NCBI GenBank assembly: GCA_964578625.1
Contig: CAZODQ010000001.1
Location: 23,401 to 87,400, forward strand
Direction: 5' to 3'
Length of the DNA stretch: 64,000 nucleotides
Origin: an uncultured Actinomycetota bacterium
GTDB lineage: Bacteria > Actinomycetota > Humimicrobiia > Humimicrobiales > Humimicrobiaceae
Each line of letters starts with the position of its first letter. Positions within the stretch are counted from its first letter, which is position 1. Shown here piece after piece: positions 49,156-59,332 of this stretch. A model generated the notes under the pieces. That model was given only the letters and a program-made list of their open reading frames with translations. It was not told the origin of the DNA and ran no database searches. The position numbers and the translations under genes are program-made.

Positions 49156-50472
49156 TTAAATCCCGTTATTACCTGATTTATTTTCTATCAGTTTCTTATT
49201 GTCTTTATGGATAAGATAAATCATCCATAACGATACCCCCGTAAAAACACTTCTGAATATATTTACGAATTTGGCAGAATCGTAAAAACGCTCGATAACA
49301 GGGATAATACCTGTCAGATATATAAAATATTTATAATCTATAGGCGCGAAAACAAATTTAGTCACAAGATCTCCCCAATATATCAATATCACCATAAGCA
49401 AAAAAAATTGGATCCAGTGATAGTATAAAAGCGATCTTCTCCTTATGAAAATAATTATAAGAAAAGGAACCGTCCACAATACATACTGGGGATGGAAGTA
49501 ACAGATGCCCACATAAGCCAGGAATACAATTGCCCCGTAATTTAAAAGTAAATCGAAACTTTTCCTTCTGATATGTAAAAAACTAAGGATTATAAATACA
49601 TACACTGCAATAAAAACAAAAATGCTGCTGTGAGACCCGCCTACGAGATCAAACTTCGTGGAAAGGAGATACTCGAAATGCTTGGTTTGAAGCAGTGGTA
49701 TTATAACACTCTTGCCAAAAATAAAGCGGCATAAAAGTTCCACTGCCGCCATACCGGAAAATCCTGCCAGAGGTAATAAAATATAATCCTTTTTGGTACG
49801 CGCCAGATATAACACCAGAAGAGGAAGTATCATTATGGGGAAAAACCTCAGAGCTATGGCAACTGCAAGTGCTAGAATTGCCCAATATTTCCTATCTTTT
49901 TTCGCCAGAAGCAGTGCAATAAGAGTAACAAACACCGCAATGATATCGTGCCTGGCAAAGATATATACCACAAATAATAATATGGGATTAAATATCCAGA
50001 ATTTAAAAACCCGCAGTTTATTTTTGGGCTCCCCATCGAAGGAAATCCTCAGGATCAAAAACATGCATACTATATCGAAAAGAAGATATAATATTTTAAA
50101 AAGGGTCAGCACGGTAAATACATTATAACTGCTGTTGAACTGTATCCAGGATATCCAGGTATCCTTCTCCAGCAGAATGGGAAATAACTTATTTATTGCC
50201 GGAAATATTGATTTTATTATAAACAGATACGTAGTATGAATCATATTGGTAATTATCTGCAGGTTATCTAATCCCAGATTTTTGGTAGAAATTGTTTCAG
50301 CAGCTCTCTGATAGGTTGAAAGCAGGTCTCTCTGAAAAAAAAACGGCAGAAAAATGAACCTTACCAGCAGGCCTATCATGAAGTATTTATAAAGGGTTCT
50401 CAGCGACTTTTTGTCCTCGAAAATCTCTTTAGTAACTATTAAACTTCCTATCTTATCGAAAAATTTTTTCAT
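49156..50472 (-). CDS. Polytopic membrane protein, possible GT-C-type glycosyltransferase (DUF2029/GT87-like)
   Basis: 438 aa, 10 or more hydrophobic segments, sits in the glycan locus. The family assignment is tentative. Confidence 0.3.
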   Translation of the reverse strand: MKKFFDKIGSLIVTKEIFEDKKSLRTLYKYFMIGLLVRFIFLPFFFQRDLLSTYQRAAETISTKNLGLDNLQIITNMIHTTYLFIIKSIFPAINKLFPILLEKDTWISWIQFNSSYNVFTVLTLFKILYLLFDIVCMFLILRISFDGEPKNKLRVFKFWIFNPILLFVVYIFARHDIIAVFVTLIALLLAKKDRKYWAILALAVAIALRFFPIMILPLLVLYLARTKKDYILLPLAGFSGMAAVELLCRFIFGKSVIIPLLQTKHFEYLLSTKFDLVGGSHSSIFVFIAVYVFIILSFLHIRRKSFDLLLNYGAIVFLAYVGICYFHPQYVLWTVPFLIIIFIRRRSLLYYHWIQFFLLMVILIYWGDLVTKFVFAPIDYKYFIYLTGIIPVIERFYDSAKFVNIFRSVFTGVSLWMIYLIHKDNKKLIENKSGNNGI

Positions 50473-50495
50473 TTTTTAATAGAATAATCCTGCTT

Positions 50496-51581
50496 TTAAT
50501 TTTTTAAAATTTGCGTTTTATTATTTCCTTTTACTTTATAAAACGGCATACTTAGTATAATTGTGGCTATAACTCCCAGAGTAACGATAAATGCCAGTGT
50601 AATTATATGATAACCAAATGCAACTGCCTCCCATGTAATTCCGGTTATTTTAAATCCCAGTATACCAAGCACCAGCAAAAAAGCTCCTTCATAAGTCCCG
50701 AAGCCCGCAAGAGCATGAGTGGGAAGCACGGCAGATATCTCCGCAGCCACTACAGCCAGAAATATTATCCAGAAATTCAGCTCTGCAAAAGTGTATCCCT
50801 CCGGCTTCAATATAGCATAAATCATCATATAATATGAACCGAATTTCAAAACTCTTATTGCAATCGAAGAAAGATATACTTTCCAGTATATTCTTCTTTT
50901 TTGTATTATTTCAATATTTTTATTTATATCAACCATTTTTTTATAGATGATCCGTACTACTCTGTTTTTACCGATCCTGTATCTGGATAGAATCTTATCT
51001 ATAATCATAAGTAAAAATCCGATTACTTTTGAAAAATAAAATAAAACCAGAAGAAGAACGATAAGAAGTACCGCAGCTATAAGGACAACCGCCAGGTAGG
51101 AACCCGAAAATTTATTGATTAGAACTACGATGACGGAAATTACGATAAGCGAAAAAACAATTACTAGGTCAAATATCAGCACTATCATCAAAGTGGATAC
51201 GCCGATTTCCAGGGGAAACTTGAACTTTCTCTGAAGCACATAAACATAGGATAATTCGCCGGTCCTCGCGGGAAGCACCATATTAAAAGCATTCCTGACA
51301 AGGACTACCAGAAACATATCCGCCATACTGACCCTCTTGGATCCAACCAGTATATTCTTACGGTATGTCCTGATAAAAATGCTTACTGACAATACGACCA
51401 GGGCTATTATAACAGAAAGTCTATCTACTTCCGTAATTGCATCCTTTATCTGCCCAATACTTATTTTACCCAGAAGATAATAAACCAGAAATGCCCCAAA
51501 ACCTACCACAATAACAATATTTATGATTCTTAGTATAAGTCCTCTTTTACTTGACTTCCTATTCTGGTTTTTTATATCCAT
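50496..51581 (-). CDS. Flippase-like polytopic membrane protein (PF03706-like)
   Basis: 361 aa. NMVLPARTGELSYVYVLQ motif region. Third paralog. Confidence 0.5.
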   Translation of the reverse strand: MDIKNQNRKSSKRGLILRIINIVIVVGFGAFLVYYLLGKISIGQIKDAITEVDRLSVIIALVVLSVSIFIRTYRKNILVGSKRVSMADMFLVVLVRNAFNMVLPARTGELSYVYVLQRKFKFPLEIGVSTLMIVLIFDLVIVFSLIVISVIVVLINKFSGSYLAVVLIAAVLLIVLLLVLFYFSKVIGFLLMIIDKILSRYRIGKNRVVRIIYKKMVDINKNIEIIQKRRIYWKVYLSSIAIRVLKFGSYYMMIYAILKPEGYTFAELNFWIIFLAVVAAEISAVLPTHALAGFGTYEGAFLLVLGILGFKITGITWEAVAFGYHIITLAFIVTLGVIATIILSMPFYKVKGNNKTQILKN

Positions 51582-51637
51582 TTCTAAAATACTATCTATC
51601 TTCTATTTTTATTTTAAGAACCTCTCTAAATCCTTCT

Positions 51638-54145
51638 TTATCTACTTTTCAAGTAGTTAGATATAAATCTTGAAGTCTGCCTTGGACCACTTCTGAAGAA
51701 GTGATAAAAAAATCTCTTTATGAGATAAGAGCTGCCTTTCCCTGACGATTTGATTTTTTTAGCTGATAAGTCACTATTTCCATTGCTGTTTATACTATCA
51801 GATTTCCTATCTTTAAGGGCACTTGATACCGGATCCCGGCAAAAGTCTATAATGGGTCGGCATATCTTTTCCCAGTTATAACCTTCTGCCAATTTCTCTA
51901 TATTTTCTACGCATCGATTATAAAATTGTTTGTCATCAGCAAGCTTTATAACAGCATTAACAATTCCCTGGACATCACCATCTCCTGCAGTTATACCAAG
52001 ACCTTTTCTCTCAACCAGATCGCTCAGGTAATCACCTCTGGTTGAAATTACCGGCAAACCTGCCCAGAGGTAATCTAGTATTCTGGTTCTAAATGAAAAT
52101 CTGGTCTCAATATGTTCCGGATGAGTTATTATTCCTGCATCCGATTCCAGCAGATAATTCTGCCTGTCATTATAGTCAACCCACCCAAAGTTAAAAAAGA
52201 CATTTTTATCATACACATTTAATTTCCTGGCAAGACTAACCGTATCATTTACCAGCCGGAGTTCCTTGACTTCAGGGTTGGGATGCCTTATACCCATAAA
52301 GAACAATTTTATGTCATCTCTCATCTTTGCTATTTCTGCCATTGCTTTGATCAAGGTCAGTGGATCGAACCAGTTATAGATCCCTCCTCCCCAGATAATC
52401 ACAAAATCGTCCTTGTTTATACCACTTATCTTGCCTTTTAATACACCGGTGGTATGAACAGGCTTTGCAGATGGAAGACCGAACGGAACTATATCTATCA
52501 TTTTTTTCAGAGTAGGATCTTGATTGTAAGAGTATGGATTAACCCGGTTTAACGCCGCCAGCATGCCAAGCCAGAAATCCCTCTGCCTCTCTGAAGCACA
52601 TATAAAGAAATCTCCGTAGTAAAACTGCTCATTGAAAATATTATGTATAGATTTATGTATTTCCAGCCTCTTTTTTATAGGTTCGGAGCTGTATTCGGCA
52701 AGTGTCGCCAGATTATAAGGGTCATAAATGTCTATGATCAAATACTTTCCCGAATCTTTTATACTTCTGTATTTAGCAAAAGCCATCCCCCCGCTTAGTA
52801 TAATATCAGCCTGCTCTATAATCCCTTTTAACTTGCTGTCATCTGTAAACTGAATTATTTTAAAATTTTGTTCAGGCAGATCGACTTTATTTGGAACAGC
52901 CAGTATGACTTCCATGTACTGGGATAGAACCTGAGCAAAATTCCAAACCCTTATCGCTGGGCCTGCCATTTCCCCGGAGACGACTTCGCTTGATATTATA
53001 AGAAGTTTTCTTTTTATCTCTTTTTCAAAAACTCCATAAATACCCAGGGATTTTAAAAGATTTATTTGTTTTTCCTGGTAATCTTTGTCAGGTGAAACTG
53101 CCAGGAATTGCCCTTTGAAATAAGAGAAGATTGCTTTATCATCCCTTTTTCTTTTTTCCTGTATATTTTTCCTCTTCCTGGTAAGCTCCGGCAATTCATC
53201 CAGGAAATTCTTTACAGCCATAAGTGAACTTAATGGTTCATACTTTATTGCCCGGGGAGTAATCTTTCTCTGGTCACCAGCGCTGATACTCAGATCATAA
53301 TAGTTTTTATAATCAAATTTAAAATCCGTAAAGATACGGTTAAAAACATTTGCCAGAGAACCAGAAAGCACTCTGGCAAGATTGCTATCATCATAATTTT
53401 TAAAAACAGAATAAAGAGAATTTCTTTCCTTTAAAAATCTAAGCCTATCTTCACTAAAAGCTCTTGAAGTCCCGTGATGATGATGGTAGACAATAGATTG
53501 CGGGGCAAATACAACCTTGTAACCCAGCACCCAGAGCCTCCAGCCCAGGTCAACATCTTCATAATAAGCAAAAAAATCCTGGTCAAAACCACCGGCATCA
53601 AGAAAAACTTTCCTGTTTATCATCATTGACCCGCCGTTTACAAAGGGAAGAAACATGTATCTGTCATGGTTATCATTTTCTACCGGTGTGCCGTAATCAA
53701 TCTGGAAACCTTTTCCCTCAAAATTTATCATACCGCCTATAAAATCTATTTTCTTTCCATCTATAGAAAGAACTTTTGAACCTGAAGCTACAATCTCTTT
53801 ATCTTTATAAATAGGTCTTAAGAGTTCAATCAGCCAGTTTTTATCAACCCTGGTGTCATTATTTAAAAAAGCTATATATTCACCTTCAGCGGCTTTTGCA
53901 GCCTGATTATTTGCATAAGCAAAACCTATATTCCTGCTGTTTTCAATTATCTTCACATTGGGATAATTCTGCTTTATTAAAACCAGGGATCTGTCAGTTG
54001 AACCATTATCCACTACTATGACTTCCAGTTTATCCTGAGGGTAGTTCAAATCTTTTAAGCTATTAAGACACTCTTTTAAATATTTTTCTCCGTTAAGATT
54101 AACAATCAATACTGAAGCCTTGGGGAAAGTAAGAATATCTTTCAT
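51638..54145 (-). CDS. Dual-domain glycosyltransferase: N-terminal GT2 and C-terminal GT-B (WGGG-type GT4-like)
   Basis: 835 aa. GT2: VLIVNLNGEKYL...VIVVDNGSTDRS...NIGFAYANN...YYEDVDLGWR. GT-B: VIIWGGGIYNWFDP...LPVISTRGD, paralogous to 15353..17665 and 18850..20319. Confidence 0.75.
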   Translation of the reverse strand: MKDILTFPKASVLIVNLNGEKYLKECLNSLKDLNYPQDKLEVIVVDNGSTDRSLVLIKQNYPNVKIIENSRNIGFAYANNQAAKAAEGEYIAFLNNDTRVDKNWLIELLRPIYKDKEIVASGSKVLSIDGKKIDFIGGMINFEGKGFQIDYGTPVENDNHDRYMFLPFVNGGSMMINRKVFLDAGGFDQDFFAYYEDVDLGWRLWVLGYKVVFAPQSIVYHHHHGTSRAFSEDRLRFLKERNSLYSVFKNYDDSNLARVLSGSLANVFNRIFTDFKFDYKNYYDLSISAGDQRKITPRAIKYEPLSSLMAVKNFLDELPELTRKRKNIQEKRKRDDKAIFSYFKGQFLAVSPDKDYQEKQINLLKSLGIYGVFEKEIKRKLLIISSEVVSGEMAGPAIRVWNFAQVLSQYMEVILAVPNKVDLPEQNFKIIQFTDDSKLKGIIEQADIILSGGMAFAKYRSIKDSGKYLIIDIYDPYNLATLAEYSSEPIKKRLEIHKSIHNIFNEQFYYGDFFICASERQRDFWLGMLAALNRVNPYSYNQDPTLKKMIDIVPFGLPSAKPVHTTGVLKGKISGINKDDFVIIWGGGIYNWFDPLTLIKAMAEIAKMRDDIKLFFMGIRHPNPEVKELRLVNDTVSLARKLNVYDKNVFFNFGWVDYNDRQNYLLESDAGIITHPEHIETRFSFRTRILDYLWAGLPVISTRGDYLSDLVERKGLGITAGDGDVQGIVNAVIKLADDKQFYNRCVENIEKLAEGYNWEKICRPIIDFCRDPVSSALKDRKSDSINSNGNSDLSAKKIKSSGKGSSYLIKRFFYHFFRSGPRQTSRFISNYLKSR

Positions 54146-54408
54146 AAAAATTAATCTCCTAAAATTTATATCTTAAAACATTAGACAGATTAGAGTAAAT
54201 TATAACAGACAATTTATTTTTTTACATAAAATCTATCCATAAGTAAACCAGGATGTAATCCATATCATAATAAAAACAATAAAATGGTTTTTACAATTTG
54301 CCTCGTTTATAAATATTTTCCTTTATAATTGATATAATGATAAAATTTAATTTATAATTTTAAGCTTTAGAATCGTATTTATCATAAAATATAAAAAAGT
54401 TTTAAAAC

Positions 54409-56775
54409 ATGAAACAAATAAATATAGCTTTTATAACCGACAGAATGATAAAAGGCCATGGTGTTGACTTGGTAGTAGACAGGCTGGCAGACGGCCTGGC
54501 AAAAATAGGCTATGATTGTAAAGTTTACTGCAATTACTTCGATGAGACTTTTATAAACCGAAAGTCATACAATATAGAGAAATTCCACTACTTCAAACCT
54601 GATGTAAATCCGATAGTTTATGAAAGAAGAATTAGAAAATTAGTCCCTTACCTTAACAGCAAAGATATTGACCTTTTTATTATACAGTCATTTCCTTTCT
54701 ATAGTTTAATACCAAAATTAAGCAAACCGGTTTTAGTGGTTGACCATGGAATAATATCAGTCAGCGGACTGCCGTCAAAAAGAAGATTGAGATATAAATA
54801 TATGGAGATAAGCCAGAATATCTCATATTTTAAAAAAGCAAATAAAATTGTGACTGTCTCCAAATATTTATTAAATTGCCTGTCCAAAAATCTACAGGAA
54901 AAAGCTTCTTTTATCTACAATGGCTGTGACCATTACCAGCAAAAGACGATCGGCATGGAAAAGATCAAGAACTTCAGAAACGAGATAGGGGCAGGCCCGG
55001 AAGACATACTTCTCCTGTTTGTAGGAAGATTAAACCTTACCAATCAGCCTTATAAAGGATTGTCAGAACTTATTGGCATCTATCAAAACATTTCAAACAA
55101 ATATAAAAATGTAAAACTTCTTGCAGTGGGATATGGCACAAAAAATGATGAAGAACTGCTCAAGAACCAGGGAGTATTATCTATAAGCAACGCTCCGGAA
55201 GAACTTATGCCTTTAATATACAAATCCTGTGATATTTATACTACCTGTTCACACTGGGAAGGATTTGACCTGCCTATTGCAGAAGCTCACAGTTTCCAGA
55301 GACCGACCCTTTGCTATGATATCGGTGCCCACTCCGAAATCTCCAGAAACGGGAAGACAGGATTTGTAGTAAAGAACCGGAGTGAATTTACAAAGAAATT
55401 AGAGAACCTTATTAAAAATCCAAAGCTGAGAATAGAAATGGGAAAAAATGCCTTAGAATATGCCAAAAAATTTACCTGGGAGAATAGTGTAAAAAAATAT
55501 CACAGGATAATTAAAAAAATGCTTAATATAGCTGATTCGGATATCAAAGCCAAACCTTCTATCGACAGACACAAACCATTGTGGGGTAAAGATGTGTCAG
55601 TAATCATTGTCAACTACAACTCAAGTTATCCTGTACTGAAAGAATGCCTGGATTCTATTAAGAACCAATCATTCAAGAACATTGATATCATTATTTTTGA
55701 CAATAACTCCACCATTAATGTTCTTGAGGATATAAAAAGAGAATTTAAAGATATAAAGATAATATTTTCAAAAAAGAATCTCGGCCTGGGAGAAGGTATA
55801 AACCAGGCCCTAAAATATGCCGGCTCGGATCTGGTCTTAATATCAAATTTTGATCTGATATACAATCACGATGCTGTCGAACAAATGGTAAACTACATTA
55901 ACAGTCTTGAAAGCACATATTTAGGTGTAGCTCCAAAAATCAAACTTTACTACCAGAAAGATTTTTTAGAAAGTACGGGCATCTATATTGATGAAAATTT
56001 TTATATAGGCCATTACGGACTGGGGCAGTTAGATCTAAGCCAGTACAATAAAGAAGAAGATATCTTTGGAGTATCTTTTGTATCCTGCCTGATAAAACGC
56101 GATGCTTTTCTTGAAAATAAGGTTGGGCTAATCGACCCTACTTTATTCTTATTTTATGAAGACGTTGACTTCTGCTACAGGGCAAATCTTCATGGATACA
56201 GATTCCGGTCCTGTTCCCCTGCCATATGTTATCATAAATATGCATACAGCTTTAGAGATGAAGCTACTGCTTTTCAGACAAAATATTATTACCAGAAGCT
56301 GAATCTTTTAAAAACAGCCTATAAAAATGCGGAACTGCATAACCTTAATAGAATCATTTCAAATGAACTTAATATCCAGAAACAGAACTTAAAAGACATC
56401 AACCTTAAAGCAACTGCCAAGAAAATAATAAGTGAGTTTAAAAAAAGTATAAGATATCTTAAGAACAAAAGACAGTTTATCCAGTTCTCCAGACAGATAT
56501 TTGATACCGATATTATAAGATACAGCTGGGGAGAGGAAGTTTATTTCGATATCGTAAAAAATGAACCAGTTTATTCCATAGATAATCTTTATCAGTCTTA
56601 CCGCAGGTTATTTTCCCTTATGGGAAATGAAAGATATGGATTATATGTTAATTATCTGATGAACCTGAAAGACACTAAATTTAAAACTGAAACCAGCTTG
56701 TTTAAAAATATTCTTCATAGTAAATTAGAATATGAACCCACTTCAGTCCATAAATTTATAGATAAACTACAATGA
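54409..56775 (+). CDS. Dual-domain glycosyltransferase: N-terminal GT4 and C-terminal GT2
   Basis: 788 aa. GT4: CSHWEGFDLPIAEAHSFQRPTLCYDIG. GT2: VSVIIVNYNSSYPVL...IIIFDNNST...FYEDVDFCYR. Confidence 0.75.
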   Translation: MKQINIAFITDRMIKGHGVDLVVDRLADGLAKIGYDCKVYCNYFDETFINRKSYNIEKFHYFKPDVNPIVYERRIRKLVPYLNSKDIDLFIIQSFPFYSLIPKLSKPVLVVDHGIISVSGLPSKRRLRYKYMEISQNISYFKKANKIVTVSKYLLNCLSKNLQEKASFIYNGCDHYQQKTIGMEKIKNFRNEIGAGPEDILLLFVGRLNLTNQPYKGLSELIGIYQNISNKYKNVKLLAVGYGTKNDEELLKNQGVLSISNAPEELMPLIYKSCDIYTTCSHWEGFDLPIAEAHSFQRPTLCYDIGAHSEISRNGKTGFVVKNRSEFTKKLENLIKNPKLRIEMGKNALEYAKKFTWENSVKKYHRIIKKMLNIADSDIKAKPSIDRHKPLWGKDVSVIIVNYNSSYPVLKECLDSIKNQSFKNIDIIIFDNNSTINVLEDIKREFKDIKIIFSKKNLGLGEGINQALKYAGSDLVLISNFDLIYNHDAVEQMVNYINSLESTYLGVAPKIKLYYQKDFLESTGIYIDENFYIGHYGLGQLDLSQYNKEEDIFGVSFVSCLIKRDAFLENKVGLIDPTLFLFYEDVDFCYRANLHGYRFRSCSPAICYHKYAYSFRDEATAFQTKYYYQKLNLLKTAYKNAELHNLNRIISNELNIQKQNLKDINLKATAKKIISEFKKSIRYLKNKRQFIQFSRQIFDTDIIRYSWGEEVYFDIVKNEPVYSIDNLYQSYRRLFSLMGNERYGLYVNYLMNLKDTKFKTETSLFKNILHSKLEYEPTSVHKFIDKLQ

Positions 56776-57941
56776 CAGATAAAATTTTAAGAATCGGAAT
56801 CGATATATCAACCCTGCTAAATCATGGCCCGGATATCGGTGCCGGCAGATACATAATAAACCTTGTAAAAAACTTACTTAAAATCGATAAAAAAAATATC
56901 TATATTCTTACCGGAAGGTATACTTTAGAAACACATATCGAGATTGTATATAACATAAAAAAGGATTTTAAAAAAAGCAGGGTTGAACTGAAATTATATA
57001 AAACTTCCCAAAAAAACCTTGGTCTGTGGGACAGATTCGGATTCCCTCCCATTGAATTTCTAGGCTTTAAAGCAGATATACTGCACTGCCCCGATTATCT
57101 CATTCCCCCTACTCTAAATAAGAATATAATCCTGACAATTCATGATCTGGCCTTCATAAGGTTTCCGGAATTTAATTTTGAGTGGTTCATAAAAAAATAT
57201 ACAAGAGACGTCAGGAGAAATGCACATATCTCAAAGAAGATAATCGCTGATTCAAAAAGCACCAAAAATGATATTGTAAAATTCTTTAAAATAGATCCTC
57301 GTAAAGTGGATGTGGTCTATCTTGCCTCAGACAGGACATTTAAAATTCTGACTTCAAACAAGATCGATAAAAACATACTTAAAAAGTACAAAATAGATAA
57401 GAAATATATACTTTCAGTAGGGACTATTGAGCCCAGAAAAAATTTTATAACACTGATCAAATCTTTCAATCAATTAAAACAGAAAAGCACCGGCTTCGAT
57501 TATAAGCTTGTAATAGCGGGCAGGACCGGCTGGAAGAGTGAAGCCACTTACGAGGAGAGAGATAAGAGCCCTTACAAGGAAGATATCTTGTTTATAGGAA
57601 GAGTCCCGGACTTTGATCTTGTACAGATATACAACCAGGCTGAGCTCTTTGTTTACTCTTCTCTTTTTGAAGGTTTTGGCCTGCCTCCTCTGGAAGCGAT
57701 GAGCTGTGGACTCCCATTAATAACATCAAACAACTCAGCCTTAAAAGAAGTGATTGGTAATGCCGGAATAGCCGTTCCACCGAAAAATTATAATGAATTT
57801 CAAAAACAAATATTATATATACTCCAAAACAACAATATAAAAGATAGACTTAAGAAAAAATCACTAATGCAGGCAAAGAAATTCAACTGGACAAATACAG
57901 CCGGAAAAACTTTAGAAATTTATAAAAAACTATGCTGTTAA
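56772..57941 (+). CDS. GT4 (Glycos_transf_1) glycosyltransferase
   Basis: 389 aa. VYSSLFEGFGLPPLEAMSCGLPLITS. A 4-nt ATGA overlap couples it to the upstream gene. Confidence 0.8.
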   Translation: MTDKILRIGIDISTLLNHGPDIGAGRYIINLVKNLLKIDKKNIYILTGRYTLETHIEIVYNIKKDFKKSRVELKLYKTSQKNLGLWDRFGFPPIEFLGFKADILHCPDYLIPPTLNKNIILTIHDLAFIRFPEFNFEWFIKKYTRDVRRNAHISKKIIADSKSTKNDIVKFFKIDPRKVDVVYLASDRTFKILTSNKIDKNILKKYKIDKKYILSVGTIEPRKNFITLIKSFNQLKQKSTGFDYKLVIAGRTGWKSEATYEERDKSPYKEDILFIGRVPDFDLVQIYNQAELFVYSSLFEGFGLPPLEAMSCGLPLITSNNSALKEVIGNAGIAVPPKNYNEFQKQILYILQNNNIKDRLKKKSLMQAKKFNWTNTAGKTLEIYKKLCC

Positions 57942-57946
57942 GAAAT

Positions 57947-59332
57947 TTATCTGCCGGTATCATTTTTTATTTCTATTCTTGAATTTAAATCTGCAACACC
58001 TTCAGCTATTTTTCTGCTTATAACATTTATTGTAAACATATCATTTACCCAATCACAGTAGGTCATATTGTCCTTATATGCTACGGCAGATGAAATAAGA
58101 TACTCTCCGCCTATCAAAGGAATCTTCTGGTTAAAAATTACCTTTATCAAATCGTCCTTTTTAAATGTCCCTGTTTTTATATTATTCAATCTTGTATTGG
58201 TCCCGTATACAACATTGCCCCTGAAGTCTTTAATCCTTATCCCAAACACAGGTTCCTCAATTTTTTTCTTGAACAGCACCTCATAAACTATTTTAACATT
58301 ATCTCCATACTCACAAAAATCAATCTCTCTGTCCTTGCTGTCCAGGAGCTTTATATTTTGAATCTCGGCATCCCCGCTTCCAAATCTTTTAATAGTTTCT
58401 CCGCTTACACTCGAGTCAGCCAGTTTTATTATTTCTTCTCCATTGACTATTTTTCTGTTGCGTTCTATCACAGTCTTGAATATTTTCTTTCTTTCTATGC
58501 TCTGCTGTTCAATAATTCTCTTTTTCTCCAGCTCTTCAATATAAGCTCTATATTTCACTACTATATTTAATGGCTTGCCCATATCTACTATCTTTCCATC
58601 CTTTAAAAATATTACCTTGTTGCATAAATCAGAAATAGTATCCAGGTCATGCGAAACTATTATTATCGTCTTACCCTTTTTCATGAAATTATAAATGACT
58701 TTATAGCACTTTGCCTGGAAAGCCTGGTCTCCCACAGCCAAGACTTCATCAACAAGCAGAATATCCGGATTGACATTAATTGCAACAGAAAATCCCAGTC
58801 TCATATACATACCTGATGAATAATTCTTGACCGGCGTATCAATAAATTTGGCAAGTTCCGAAAATTCTATGATCTTGTCCATTTTTTTATCGACTTCTTT
58901 CTTCCTCATACCAAGAATCGCTGCATTTATATAAACATTTTCTCTTCCAGTAAGATCAGGGTGAAATCCTGCTCCCAATTCCAGAAGTGCCGACATCGAT
59001 CCATTCACAATAACTTCCCCGCTGGTAGGCTGAAGAATATTTGCCATTAGTTTAAGCAGGGTGCTCTTTCCCGAACCGTTCGGTCCGATTATACCCAGCG
59101 TCTGCCCGTGGTCTACTGTGAAAGATACATCATCCAGAGCCAGGAACTCTTCAAACGTTGTACGATTTCTCCTGAGAATGGTATTTTTCAGGCTTGGGAT
59201 CTTTTCATGGTAAATCCTGTACCTTTTAAATACAGACCTTATATCAACAGCCGCATCATTTCCAGGATCCTTAATCCCTTTCCCCATGTACTTATTCTCT
59301 TTTTTGTTCATTTGATTAGATTTCCTCTGCAA
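57947..59332 (-). CDS. wzt: Polysaccharide ABC exporter ATP-binding protein Wzt/TagH-like with C-terminal (Wzt_C-like) extension
   Basis: 461 aa. Walker A GPNGSGKST, ABC signature YSSGM, Walker B ILLVDEVLAVGD. About 190 additional C-terminal residues follow the NBD, as in Wzt proteins that bind capped glycan termini. Confidence 0.85.
   Translation of the reverse strand: MQRKSNQMNKKENKYMGKGIKDPGNDAAVDIRSVFKRYRIYHEKIPSLKNTILRRNRTTFEEFLALDDVSFTVDHGQTLGIIGPNGSGKSTLLKLMANILQPTSGEVIVNGSMSALLELGAGFHPDLTGRENVYINAAILGMRKKEVDKKMDKIIEFSELAKFIDTPVKNYSSGMYMRLGFSVAINVNPDILLVDEVLAVGDQAFQAKCYKVIYNFMKKGKTIIIVSHDLDTISDLCNKVIFLKDGKIVDMGKPLNIVVKYRAYIEELEKKRIIEQQSIERKKIFKTVIERNRKIVNGEEIIKLADSSVSGETIKRFGSGDAEIQNIKLLDSKDREIDFCEYGDNVKIVYEVLFKKKIEEPVFGIRIKDFRGNVVYGTNTRLNNIKTGTFKKDDLIKVIFNQKIPLIGGEYLISSAVAYKDNMTYCDWVNDMFTINVISRKIAEGVADLNSRIEIKNDTGR

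Noticed and set aside
49649-50128. Two overlapping ORFs (78 aa minus, 111 aa plus) inside 49156..50472
   Set aside because: They lie within a long polytopic membrane protein ORF and have no motifs. Treated as spurious.
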